Source of the DNA: an uncultured Acidobacteriota bacterium
Lineage (GTDB): Bacteria; Acidobacteriota; Blastocatellia; RBC074
Length of the DNA stretch: 64,000 nucleotides
Reading direction: 5' to 3'
Assembly (NCBI GenBank): GCA_963796275.1
Contig: CAWCKY010000006.1
Coordinates: 1,216,001-1,280,000 of the forward strand
Position 1 is the first letter of the stretch, and each line of letters begins with the position of its first letter. The notes below the pieces were generated by a model that was not told the origin of the DNA, did no database searches, and saw only the letters and a list, made by a program, of their open reading frames with translations. Of this stretch, positions 40,989-59,762 are shown piece by piece. Position numbers and translations under genes: made by a program.

Positions 40989-42749
40989 ATGGAAACAAAA
41001 AAGGCAAATAATGGAAAAAAGTACAAAAATCTAAGGATTTTTGCATTTATTATCCCACTATGTCTATTTAGTTTCCCTTCTATTATCTGTATCGGTCTAT
41101 CGTCACTCGCCGTGTTACCTTTTTTTGTCATTGGAGAGGACCCTGCGGTCGGTTGTTGCGGCGGTGAGATGCCCGTCACTCACGACGGCGCGATGCACTA
41201 CAATCAGATGCGGTCGTTCAGTGATGGCCTGGCGGCGGGCCGCGTCTTTCCCCGCTGGGAGAGCGAGACTCATTACGGCCACGGCGCTCCCACAACCAGC
41301 TTCTATCCGCCCGGCGTCTATTATTTAACATCGTTGTTTTATTGGCTGCTGGGCGATTGGCAGCGAGTGTTGATATGCTTGCATCTGGCGTTGATGATTG
41401 CATCAGGCGGCTCGATCTATTGGTATGCGCGGCAAACGATGTCGCGCGGCGCTTCGATAATGGCGATGGCCGTATACATCATTGCGCCATATCATTTGCT
41501 TAACCAGTATCAGCGCGGAGCAATCGCCGAACAGGTGAGTTTCGTCTGGATGCCCCTGATTTTGTTGTTCGCGGATCGATTATGCCGCGACAAGAGGTCG
41601 TTGCCGGATTTTGCCGCGCTGGCGATCGTCTTCGCGGCCTTCCTCTACTCACATCCTCCGACGGCATTTCAATTCGTTCTCGTCTTCGGATCGTGCTTTT
41701 CGATTTGGGCGATCAAGCAGGGCAATTGGCGGGGGCTCGGTTTAATCGCGCTCTCGCTCGCCGTCGGGTCTCTGATTGCGGCAGCTTATTTCTATCCCGC
41801 GATCGTCGAGCAGCCGCTGATCAATGCTGATGATGTCGAAAAAGCATGGCCATACCATTCGAGCTATGTCTTCGATTACGCGCAAAAATACTACGATCGA
41901 ATCAACGACCAATTTTTTATCAGGATAGATCGTATCTGGGTCTTCAGCGCAATAGCAATCGTTATAACCGGCCTCGTACTTCCGGTCGTCAGAAATCAAC
42001 TTAAATCCGTAGATCTGAGATCGAGCATGTTTTTTTGGATGGGAGCTGGAGCGTTGGCTGTATTCCTGATGACAAGGTATTCGTATCCGTTGGGCAATTT
42101 GATTCCGAAGATCGAGATCGGCGTTTTTTCCTGGAGGATGCTTTCGCTCGCCAGTTTGGCCATCGCATTACTTGCCGGTGCGTGCTGCCAGGCCGCCATC
42201 GATATGCTCGGCAAAAGAAAGGTTCCGGCGTTGTTCCTTTGCGCGGCATCATCCGGATTGATTCTTTCTGCTGGAATAGCCGTCAGCGCGTGGTACGTAG
42301 TGATGCCGATGTATCGTGTGGAAGCATTTAAACCGATCCCCGAGCATTACAACTATGCTACCTTACCTCGGGGTGTACCTCGCGATGTTCCCCAAATGGA
42401 ACCGGCACAGTTGGTTCTCGGGGAAGGGCGTGTGGAAGTTGAGTTATGGCAGCCCGAGTTTCGACGGCTAAAGGTTGAGATCAATAGAGCAGCTCAATTG
42501 CAATTCCGAACCTCGAACTATCTCGGCTGGACTGCATTTGTCGATGGGAAAGTAACGGAGATAAAAACCGGCGATGCTGGAATGATAGTTATCGATCTGC
42601 CGGCTGGAGAGCATAACATCACACTCGATTATCGCTTCACTCCAATCCGCCTGGTGAGCGTCTGGATCACACTGATCTCATCGGGATGGTTGTTTTCGTT
42701 AGTTGTTATCGCTAAATGGAAGAGCAGGGCACGTAATGATATGGAGTAG
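40989..42749 (+). CDS. Multi-TM membrane protein, PTPS-related/YfhO-like (GT-C glycosyltransferase-like)
   Basis: HDG, FPRW...YGHGAP..FYPP, APYHL...RGAIAE, WRML motifs; C-terminal GWTAFVDG...LPAGEH domain. Confidence 0.8.
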   Translation: METKKANNGKKYKNLRIFAFIIPLCLFSFPSIICIGLSSLAVLPFFVIGEDPAVGCCGGEMPVTHDGAMHYNQMRSFSDGLAAGRVFPRWESETHYGHGAPTTSFYPPGVYYLTSLFYWLLGDWQRVLICLHLALMIASGGSIYWYARQTMSRGASIMAMAVYIIAPYHLLNQYQRGAIAEQVSFVWMPLILLFADRLCRDKRSLPDFAALAIVFAAFLYSHPPTAFQFVLVFGSCFSIWAIKQGNWRGLGLIALSLAVGSLIAAAYFYPAIVEQPLINADDVEKAWPYHSSYVFDYAQKYYDRINDQFFIRIDRIWVFSAIAIVITGLVLPVVRNQLKSVDLRSSMFFWMGAGALAVFLMTRYSYPLGNLIPKIEIGVFSWRMLSLASLAIALLAGACCQAAIDMLGKRKVPALFLCAASSGLILSAGIAVSAWYVVMPMYRVEAFKPIPEHYNYATLPRGVPRDVPQMEPAQLVLGEGRVEVELWQPEFRRLKVEINRAAQLQFRTSNYLGWTAFVDGKVTEIKTGDAGMIVIDLPAGEHNITLDYRFTPIRLVSVWITLISSGWLFSLVVIAKWKSRARNDME

Positions 42750-42808
42750 TCTGGTGAGGAATGGTATTTATTGACATTCAGTTTGGTTCGTTTAACGCCC
42801 ATGCCGAA

Positions 42809-43302
42809 TTGCCGCGTAGCGGCAGAGATGAGTCTAGTCCGGCGTTTCAACGCGCGTTTCAACGCCGGCACCGTCATCCATCGTCGCGTAGCGACGGCGT
42901 GAATGTAGCCGTGGGTTTCAACCAGGTTTCACACCCCTTGTCATTACCCAATCTTTTGCGATTCGCGATCACCGCTTTTCGCCCTGGTAAGGGCGGGGGA
43001 TATTAGCCGGTGGTGGAGCGCTGGTGAAGCGCAGCGGAACCACCGGTAGCCGTAAGTCCTCACATCGCACCCCGGCAGGGGTGCCGGAAGAGGTTCTCTG
43101 AAGTGCGAAATCTTCTTTTCATTGTGCCTGGTCCGGCGCCCCTACCGGGGCGCAAAGGCAATAACGACGGGATGTCCGGTGGTTTCGCTTCGCTACACCA
43201 CCGGCTAATATCCCGCTGCGCCTCCGGCGCAAAACCGAAAAGTTTGAGCAATGACAAGGCCTTGAAACGCCGGGCTACATCCATAGCGTCGCGACGCGGC
43301 GG
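42809..43302. repeat. Nested REP/MITE-like palindromic elements
   Basis: Inverted pairs 42936-42957/43238-43259, 42997-43020/43191-43214 and 43066-43088/43132-43153, flanked by GTAGCCGTGGGTTTCAA and TTGAAACGCCGGGCTAC. Confidence 0.8.
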
Positions 43303-43524
43303 AAGCGAAGCAAGCAATCTTTGTAAAATCGATTGCCTGAAGCTCAATAAGAAATAAATCCAACTCATTACCCCGAGAGTTGAAAAGATAGTTAGAGGTG
43401 GAGCTCAGCGTAAACCCCTGGTGGATATGTCATATTGATCTGCATCCTCAGAGGATGCGAGAGGTTGAGTAGTAATAGGGATACTTAAAAATCAGAACAC
43501 AACCCTGATTTTAAAATTTTTGGC

Positions 43525-43553
43525 TTGACGTTAAAACAGAAGCTTTATACAAT
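43525..43553 (+). promoter_or_regulatory. Near-consensus sigma70 promoter upstream of the subtilase gene
   Basis: TTGACG, 17 bp spacer, TACAAT. Confidence 0.65.
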
Positions 43554-43931
43554 CCGCCCCTTCTTGGTATAAAGCCAAATTTGTTGACTTCTTTGATTAG
43601 CGATGTGCCCTTTAACTCACAACTTACCTTTGCATTCAATTCCAGTTTCACTCAGGAACAGTTCCGGGCGCTTCGTGAGATTATCCGGTAAGAAATCTAT
43701 TTATTGCTTTTTACTGAAGTAGTATCACCAGTATCACCAACAAGGCTGCTGTTCGCCTACGTTATTATCAATAGTTAAAAGCAAAACCCCGTTGTTACGG
43801 ATAAGGTAACAACGAGGTTTTGTGACATTACCTCGGCCGCACGCGGCAGCCTCGGATGTCCTGTTTACAAGTGTGCACATCCTAGCTCCAATGACGGCTG
43901 AGATCAACCTGACTTAAAGGAGCTATTCCCC

Positions 43932-44428
43932 ATGTTCCGTATTGTCCGCCTCGCTGCCTCTCGTCTCGTCCTGTCAATTCTATTCTCATTCAGTCTGATT
44001 TACGGTCCGGTCATCTCGCTCAGATCAGTGAGCGCGGAAAAACCCGTCCCGATCAAGCCCTCAAGCAAAGCCCAACAAGTGACCACGCATCACAAGGAGG
44101 GCGAGATAATCATCAAATTCAAACAGGACGCGCCGCAGTCGCTGCGCGATCTGGTCGTCCAGACCTATGCCAGCAGCGAGAAGCAGTCGCGCGGGCGCGG
44201 CAAATTCAGCACGCTGCGGATCAAGGACGGGCTCGATCTGAGCGATACCATCTTCAACCTCAAGCAGATGGATGCGATCATCGAGTACGCCGAGCCGAAC
44301 TACGTCATCACTCGTACCGGCGATATCAAGAAGATGAATCATCCCGGACGCTCAAAGCGGGCTTCAAAAATTCCGAACGATTCCAGATTCGGCTCTCAGT
44401 GGGCGCTCTCAAACACGGGCCAGAACTA
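43932..44428 (+). pseudogene. N-terminal fragment of an S8 (subtilisin-like) peptidase, truncated by IS insertion
   Basis: Signal peptide, prodomain (GEIIIKFK...IEYAEPNYV) and mature start PNDSRFGSQWALSNTGQN, cut at the IS left end. No catalytic domain follows. Confidence 0.8.
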
Positions 44429-44492
44429 TGATACTCCCCAGAATTTAGACCACTGAATAAGGTGTAAAATCGCTGCTGATCATGGGGGCACG

Positions 44493-44786
44493 ATGAAAAC
44501 GAGGCAGCGAAAAACTTATACCACGGAATTCAAGGTGAAAATTGCTCTGGAAGCGATCAAAGGGCAGCGGACAATCAATGAAATCGCCACCCACTACCGC
44601 GTTCATCCGAACCAAGTCACGCAGTGGAAAAAACAGGCGATTGAGAGTTTGCCCGATGTCTTCTCAACCAAGCGGGAACGCAAAGGCGAAGAAGAAGAAT
44701 CTCTGAAAGCAGAACTCTACCAGCAGATCGGTCAGCTCAAAGTCGAGCTCGACCGGCTCAAAAAAAAAGCTGGACTGCTCGATTGA
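44493..44786 (+). CDS. IS3 transposase OrfA (HTH)
   Basis: RKTYTTEFKVKIALEA, HPNQVTQWK, LYQQIGQLKVELD. Confidence 0.9.
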   Translation: MKTRQRKTYTTEFKVKIALEAIKGQRTINEIATHYRVHPNQVTQWKKQAIESLPDVFSTKRERKGEEEESLKAELYQQIGQLKVELDRLKKKAGLLD

Positions 44787-44799
44787 GCGCAAGCGCCAA

Positions 44800-45609
44800 A
44801 TGATCGAACCAGAAAACGGTGTGATCAGCGTCCGTCGTCAATGCGATCTGATCGGGCTCTCTCGCGCCAGCCTCTATTATGAGCCGGTGGAAGAGAGTGA
44901 ATATAACCTGCTCTTGATGCGCCTGCTGGATGAACAATATACACGAACGCCGTTTTATGGCGTCTTGAAAATGACGGCCTGGCTGCGCGAACAATGCTAC
45001 CTGGTCAATGAGAAGCGAGTGCGCCGCTTGCTGCGCTTGATGGGATTGGAAGCGATCTATCCCAAACCGCGGCTCTCGCTGGTAGCGCCGGGCCATCAGA
45101 TTTATCCGTATTTGCTGCGCGGGGTGAAGGTCGAACGAGTCAATCAAGTATGGAGCTCCGACATTACGTATGTGCGCCTACTTGGCGGATTTGTTTATCT
45201 GGTCGCGATCATCGACTGGTACTCACGCTATGTGCTCAGTTGGGAGGTCTCGACGACGATGGAGAGTGACTTTTGTCTGAGCGCCTTGAATCGATCGCTG
45301 CAAGTGGCGAAGCCAGAGATCTTTAATACTGATCAGGGATCGCAATTCACGAGTTGCGCTTTCACTAGAATTCTCAAAGAGCATGAAATCGCCATCAGTA
45401 TGGATGGGCGAGGCCGAGCATTGGACAATATCTTTGTTGAGCGGCTTTGGCGCAGCGTGAAGTACGAAGAGGTCTACTTGCACGATTACGAAACCGTTCC
45501 TGACGCCATCAAAGGCTTAAGAAAGTACTTCGAGTTCTACAACCATGAGCGGCTTCATCAGTCGCTCGATTACAAAACTCCGGAGACCATTTACCGTCTC
45601 ACGGCTTGA
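44800..45609 (+). CDS. IS3 transposase OrfB (DDE/rve)
   Basis: NQVWSSDITY, IIDWYSR, NTDQGSQF, DNIFVERLWRSVKYE and YNHERLHQSL motifs. Confidence 0.93.
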   Translation: MIEPENGVISVRRQCDLIGLSRASLYYEPVEESEYNLLLMRLLDEQYTRTPFYGVLKMTAWLREQCYLVNEKRVRRLLRLMGLEAIYPKPRLSLVAPGHQIYPYLLRGVKVERVNQVWSSDITYVRLLGGFVYLVAIIDWYSRYVLSWEVSTTMESDFCLSALNRSLQVAKPEIFNTDQGSQFTSCAFTRILKEHEIAISMDGRGRALDNIFVERLWRSVKYEEVYLHDYETVPDAIKGLRKYFEFYNHERLHQSLDYKTPETIYRLTA

Positions 45610-45965
45610 AAATCAGACCAGCAGCGACCACCTTAATTTCGCCGATTTTTGGTCTTGACAATGGGGAGTACCATACTTCATCCGCGGAGCGCAACACCTT
45701 GAATGAAAAACAACGAGTTATAATCTTTTGTCGGATTCCAGTCGGAGAAGGACGTACAGCACTGTCATTTGCTGACCAGCTGCGTTGTGATCGCGTCCAA
45801 CCAAGGTGATTACTATGGGTGATTGTCTCTCGCGGATGCAGTGTGGATGTTCATCAGCCTGATCGTTTAGCTTGTACGCTGACCGGAGAAGCTGATGGGC
45901 TTGCCGCGCAAATAGGGTCAAAATTTTTTCAGCTTGGTGATAAGCTAAAACAGTGGAGAGTAAGC

Positions 45966-46343
45966 ATGAAAAACAAATACTTACACATACTAGTAATATT
46001 TTTTTTACTGGCAACGGTGAATGAGCTATATCGACCTTGGGTTTATGTGAACATATCCAATTCGGAAAAGTGGCCGGCAGGATACCATATAATTGGTTAT
46101 AAGCCAGAGATTAAATCAACCTCCGAAATAAATATGATGTTTGGTAGGAATGGCAGGAAGGTCGATTTTGGCATCCAGTATAATTATACTAGATTGTATC
46201 TGCAAAGAGCGTCCATTCTCGCGCTCTTTTTAACAGTTCTATTGTGTTTTGGCCCACGTAATAAGGCATTCAGGCTACTTGCGATTGCACCATCAACATT
46301 ATTTCTTTATCTTATATATTTGCTTTTAATAACCATTAGATAA
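45966..46343 (+). CDS. Hypothetical AT-rich membrane protein
   Basis: GGAG SD before MKNKYLHILVIFFLL; three hydrophobic segments; visibly lower GC than neighbouring genes. Confidence 0.5.
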   Translation: MKNKYLHILVIFFLLATVNELYRPWVYVNISNSEKWPAGYHIIGYKPEIKSTSEINMMFGRNGRKVDFGIQYNYTRLYLQRASILALFLTVLLCFGPRNKAFRLLAIAPSTLFLYLIYLLLITIR

Positions 46344-46419
46344 TGGTCCTCTTGACAGATGTTTCTATGGACATAGAGTAGCCGGGTGAATTCTATGTAT
46401 CTCTAATGCATTTGAAAAT

Positions 46420-46460
46420 CAAAAGAAAGCTTCGTCTGCCTGAACGGAGCAGGGAAGCCG
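46420..46460 (-). terminator. Putative intrinsic terminator after the NFACT gene
   Basis: Minus strand: GCTTCCCTGC...GCAGACGAAGC followed by TTTCTTTT. Confidence 0.45.
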
Positions 46461-46476
46461 CCATTGTGTATATTAT

Positions 46477-48219
46477 CTAAAGTATTCTCTCACCCGCCTC
46501 ACCTGGCTCAACCAACACGGTCTTGAAAGACGACAGCCGCACCTGACCCGGCGCGAACCCTTTCATCTTCGTCACGAACTTACGCTCGCAGTAATTGACC
46601 GCGACTTTCGCATTGCCTTTCGCCTGGCTGAATTTCGCCGCAAGTTGCGCCGCTTCGGTCACCGCACGAGCGGGCACCTGTTTGCGCTGCGGGTTTCGCA
46701 GCACGACGTGCGAGCCCGGATAATCAGCTGCGTGAAGCCAGAGATCGTATGATTTCGCAATACGGAAGGTGAGATTGTCGTTGTCGCGGTCCGCGCGGCC
46801 GACCAGAATTTCATACCCATCGGATGAGCGATATCGCCGCACCCCAGGCATTCTCTCGACTTTCGCCCTCCCAGCCCCTTCCGAGGGTTTCTTGACCTGA
46901 TCCGTCGATATAGCCGGCAACCCGATCTGCGAGCTCAGGGCCGTCAAATCTTCTACTCGAGCGATTGAATCGATCTTTGTTCGCTGAGCCTCAAGCGCGA
47001 ACAGCTCGCGCTCGATCTCGGGCAGCCGCTTGTCGATCATCTCCCGCCCATTCCGCGCCTTGCGAGCGAGCTTGAAGTAATGCTCGGCGGCCTCCTGCGG
47101 CGTCGCTTTGTTCGCCGAAGGAATTTCGATGGTTGGTTGCGCGGCGTCATAGAAATCGGTGACAGCAAAACCGGATCCCGATCCGACTTTTTAGCTTGAT
47201 GAAGATTGGCGAGCAGCAATTCACCGTAGCGTCGATATATATCGGCATTCGAGAAGCTCTCCAGTTCTCGCCGCAGATTCGCTATCAGTGAGCGATGTTT
47301 TTTGATTTTCGATGAAAGGTGAGAGATGAGTCTCTGTTTGAGGGCTATAAACCGCCTACGCTCGTCAACCAGCGAAAAATAGGCATCGGCAGCTTCGTTG
47401 ACCGTCGGGTAGTCTGTGCGGACGTAGGTGGCGAGATGATCGAGCGCTACCGGCGAGATTATCAACTCGATATCTTCTCCCATATTCTTGAGCCGATCGA
47501 TCGATTGCGATGAATAGATTGCCGGAGACGGTTTTGATTCGAAAAGACTCTCCAGCAATTTTTGCAGGGCTTCGGATGGTGCCTGCCCCTGCCCCTGCCC
47601 GGCGCGGAACGCAAGCTCCCTGGCATAGACCGTTGAGAAACCGATCAAATGCTACTGCGCTACCGCCGCGAGGTCAGCAGTGTTCGCTGTGATCAGCTCT
47701 TCGAGTTTTTCGGCGGAGCAGAGAAAGGGATCGAGCTTATTGGACGGCGGCGCCGGATCGGTGTATGCAGTCAGCGTTTCATCGCGCTCGCGCAGGGATG
47801 CGATAACCCGCGATTCCTCGAGCAGCAGGATATTGGCGGTGCGGCCCGTGAGCAATCACCGCCATAGTCAACCGATTCTTCTGCCCGCCTTCATCTTCCG
47901 CGGCGAATTCGAATTTTACGACGCGGTCATAGCCGAGCTTCTCAAGCGCTACGATCCGCGCGTTACCCAGATGCTTTTTGAGATGAGCGACGAAGGCGGT
48001 ATCGGATCGCGGCGATTCGCCGGTCTGTTTGGGGGAGCGGGCAGTTAAGTAGAGCGCGAGTCTGTTCGGGTCTGTTGAAATCGCCAGCCATCTCCCGTCG
48101 CGGAGATTGATATCGATCATCAGGCCGGTGGCGCCGAACTGATAGACTCTACCGACCCGCCGGCCTACGAGAAGCGGTTCAATCTCGGTGGCGATGGCTT
48201 GCAGCAAAAAGTTGTCCAT
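46477..48219 (-). CDS. rqcH: NFACT/Rqc2 (RqcH, FbpA-like) ribosome quality-control protein; several frameshifts
   Basis: MDNFLLQAIA...DRVVKFEF, TGRTANILLL, YGELLLANL, and C-terminal ILVGR...ND.LT...DLWLHA.DYPGSHVV, spread over four ORFs. Confidence 0.85.
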
Positions 48220-48298
48220 TTCCCTTCGATTTTAGACAAGCTGGTCAACTTTCTGCCACTCATCCCCACCTTTGGTTTTTTTTGTTGAATCTTCCCGG

Positions 48299-49552
48299 CT
48301 ATTCTTCGAGCGGTGAGGTCCCGGAGACCAGGTCGGGTAGACTGAGACGCCGCCCGTTCAAGCGCATCGCAAGTATATTGAGAGGAGGACATACAAATGC
48401 GATGGTTGCAGCCAGTGCGCGGATAAACTTCTGCCCGCGCGAAATCGGTTGGTCTTCATCATCATTCCTGACCAGGCGCATCCTGAGCACCGCCATACCG
48501 CAGGTGCGTTCAGCGATAAATAATGATACCGCCTGATAGAGGAATGTGATCGCCGCGAGCAAAATAAATAATATGATGGAATCTTCTCTGCCCAGCGATT
48601 TATTCAACGATACATACGCCGCAAAAATGGGCAGATATCCCGTCGCAATCAATTCGAAATCACACGCGCCCGCCAGCGTTCGAACCCAAAGCGATGGCGA
48701 ATTCGACTCCTGGTCAGCCTCTTCTTCTATGAGCAGTTGGGGTATTTCGATGATCTGCGTCTTGATATGCTTTCTGGTCCGTATAATCGTCGGCTTTGCG
48801 TAAACTTTGCGATGGTCACGCTCCGAATAGCGCGGCTGCGTCGCCGGCGGCGTCGCTTCCGTGCGCGCTCTCCCGAGCGGCGTAATGACATTTTGATTGG
48901 TCTGGTTCCTGGATTCCTGCTTTACCTTGAGTTCTGTTACGTTCCTCTGCGCGCGCATCCTGGGCTCTGGCTGAGCAGCCTCAGCCTCGGGCTTCGTTCC
49001 CGCTACTTTAGCTGCTGGCTTGGCCTCCGGAGTCGGCTTAATCGCCCGATCGGGCTCTATCTCGTTGACGAGGGCAGCGGCAAGTGCGTTGCTTCTGGCG
49101 GGCCTCGTCGTTGCAGGAGACCCACGCTGTATACGGTTGAGCGCAGCCGCAACGATCGGATTGGGATGATTGGAGTCGCCCGCGTTACCGCCATCAGATG
49201 TTCGCCCGCTGATCCGCCGCTCCCGAGCTTCTCGCACCTTCTCCTTCAGTTGTGCGCGCCATGGTGGGTGTACTGCCACCTCGGCCCCTGACCCACCTCC
49301 AGTGGCGGTTCTCTGCGGTTGTTTCGCCTCCGATAGAACCGGGAATTGAAGCAGATTTGTCTCGGAATCAGCGCTTTGATTTGGTTGACGGCTGGGTGAT
49401 GCAGTCGTTGTTGTCCCTACAGCGCCCTCGACCTGAGCTACTGCGCGCTTGGCTTTCCAGGCGCTAACCCGCTGCATCGCATTGTTGTGCTTACACGCCC
49501 GACAAACTATCGTCGAGCCATTTAATTCAATCCCACACTTCTCACATTTCAT
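48299..49552 (-). CDS. RDD family membrane protein with N-terminal zinc ribbon and long low-complexity linker
   Basis: CEKC...CRAC; LWVRTLAGACD, RTCGMAVLRMRLV and LPDLVSGT (RDD motifs). Confidence 0.8.
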   Translation of the reverse strand: MKCEKCGIELNGSTIVCRACKHNNAMQRVSAWKAKRAVAQVEGAVGTTTTASPSRQPNQSADSETNLLQFPVLSEAKQPQRTATGGGSGAEVAVHPPWRAQLKEKVREARERRISGRTSDGGNAGDSNHPNPIVAAALNRIQRGSPATTRPARSNALAAALVNEIEPDRAIKPTPEAKPAAKVAGTKPEAEAAQPEPRMRAQRNVTELKVKQESRNQTNQNVITPLGRARTEATPPATQPRYSERDHRKVYAKPTIIRTRKHIKTQIIEIPQLLIEEEADQESNSPSLWVRTLAGACDFELIATGYLPIFAAYVSLNKSLGREDSIILFILLAAITFLYQAVSLFIAERTCGMAVLRMRLVRNDDEDQPISRGQKFIRALAATIAFVCPPLNILAMRLNGRRLSLPDLVSGTSPLEE

Positions 49553-49603
49553 GTTAGTTTATGGTTTTTAATTATTAGTTGTTTTGTTTGTGAAAGCGAA
49601 GCG

Positions 49604-49633
49604 ATAGTAGCAGAAGTTCAAGAAAATGGTCAA
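49604..49633 (-). promoter_or_regulatory. Putative sigma70 promoter for the RDD gene
   Basis: Minus strand: TTGACC, 18 bp spacer, TACTAT with TG extension. Confidence 0.5.
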
Positions 49634-49791
49634 GAATTTATTGTGATCTTATGCTAAATGCGGGACTTGTAGTCACACATGGCAGCAGGGAAGAGGGGAA
49701 TTTTTAACAAGATAAATTCAATAAAGTGGGAGAAAGCAGATATTTTGTAATAGATTGTGCTAATTTGAGCTTGTTGGTAACCCTTCCAAAT

Positions 49792-49823
49792 AAAAAAGCC
49801 GCGCCGGAATCAACGGCGCGGCT
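49792..49823 (-). terminator. Intrinsic terminator after rpoC
   Basis: Minus strand: AGCCGCGCCG-TTGATTC-CGGCGCGGCT followed by a T run. Confidence 0.85.
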
Positions 49824-49851
49824 ATCAAAATAAGCGTGAGAGGAAAGAACC

Positions 49852-58666
<8,815 letters not shown>

Positions 58667-58854
58667 CTCCGCTCAATCTGAAATGACGAATAGGCGGCCA
58701 GGGACAACAATTCCCCTCGCCGCCCGCTTCGCGGTTGATTTGCTCTTTTTGTATTTGAAATTTGCCGATGCTCGATAACCCTGCAAGTATATGGAAAACT
58801 TTCCACGCTGTAAAGCGAAGACCTATTTTATCCAATTTGTCAAGGGCGGAGGTC

Positions 58855-59110
58855 GGGTAATTGATAATGGATAATTGATAATTGATAATGGAAAAAAGGT
58901 CTTCCATTTATTAATTATCACTATCTGTCGCTGTCAATGATCCATTATCTGTCAACTGTCTATTATCTTTATCTGTTCTTTATATCAATCTATCAATCTA
59001 TCAATCTATAAACGATCAATCATTGATGAATCTATAATCAAGCAATCAATGATCGGTCGGTAATTGATAATGGAAGTTGGGACTTCCATTATCAATTATC
59101 AATTTTCCAT
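58855..59110. repeat. Cluster of AT-rich heptamer repeats and inverted repeats between rplL and rpoB
   Basis: GATAATT/GATAATG arrays with AATTATC complements at 58855-58920 and 59060-59110; ATCAATCT-like repeats near 58983-59010. Confidence 0.8.
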
Positions 59111-59116
59111 AAACCA

Positions 59117-59500
59117 TTATTTCAGCTCGACGGTCGCACCAGCGTCCGTAAGTTGCTTTTTCATCTTCTCGGCGTCTTCTTTGGATACTCCCTCTTTAAC
59201 AGGTTTGGGAGCGCCATCGACCAGGTCCTTGGCCTCTTTCAGGCCGAGGCCGGTCAGTTCTCGGACGACTTTGATAACATTGATCTTGTTCGTTCCGATC
59301 GTCGCCAGGATCACATCGAATGTGTCCTTCTCCTCGACCGCCGGGGCCGCAGCCGCGCCAGGCATGCCGCCCATAAAGACGGGAGCCGACGCTGCCGCTG
59401 CCGAAACGCCAAATTTATCTTCGAGCGCCTTCACCAATTCCGATGCTTCCAACAAGGTGAGGGTGCCGATGGTATCAACAAGGTTCTGAATATCTGCCAT
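59117..59500 (-). CDS. rplL: 50S ribosomal protein L7/L12
   Basis: [37 protein letters not shown]; GGAGG SD before ATG at 59500. Confidence 0.97.
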   Translation of the reverse strand: MADIQNLVDTIGTLTLLEASELVKALEDKFGVSAAAASAPVFMGGMPGAAAAPAVEEKDTFDVILATIGTNKINVIKVVRELTGLGLKEAKDLVDGAPKPVKEGVSKEDAEKMKKQLTDAGATVELK

Positions 59501-59649
59501 GACTATTACTATTCCTCCAAAACGCGAATCAATTCCGGTTAACAATTACGCCGTTTTCTCGAAATGGCGCTCCCAATCGACCTTCACGGGCATCACTCCG
59601 TTGCCGGTCTATGGTGATGAATGGCCGTGCACTGACAATGCAACAAGGC

Positions 59650-59760
59650 CATTTCATTGTTCATTATTCATTTTACATTTGTCATTGATTGCATCATTCA
59701 GAGACGGATATGAGAGACGAATAAATGACAAATGTAAATGAACAATGAACAATGACAAAT
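59650..59760. repeat. CATTTGT/ACAAATG-type heptamer inverted repeat between rplJ and rplL
   Basis: tttcattgttcattattcattttacatttgtcatt ... aatgacaaatgtaaatgaacaatgaacaatgacaaat. Confidence 0.8.
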
Positions 59761-59762
59761 AC

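Larger units (their letters stand above)
44429..45673 (+). mobile_element. IS3-family insertion sequence (1245 bp)
   Basis: TG...CA ends with imperfect IRs TGATACTCCCCAGAATTTAGACCA / TGGTCTTGACAATGGGGAGTACCA; contains orfA and orfB. Confidence 0.92.

Noticed and set aside
43060-43368. Overlapping 102-aa and 84-aa ORFs
   Set aside because: They lie within palindromic repeats and show no protein-like motifs.
43770-43865. c-di-GMP-I riboswitch
   Set aside because: GCAAAAC is present, but the GNRA-capped P2 and the GACGCAAAG junction are missing.
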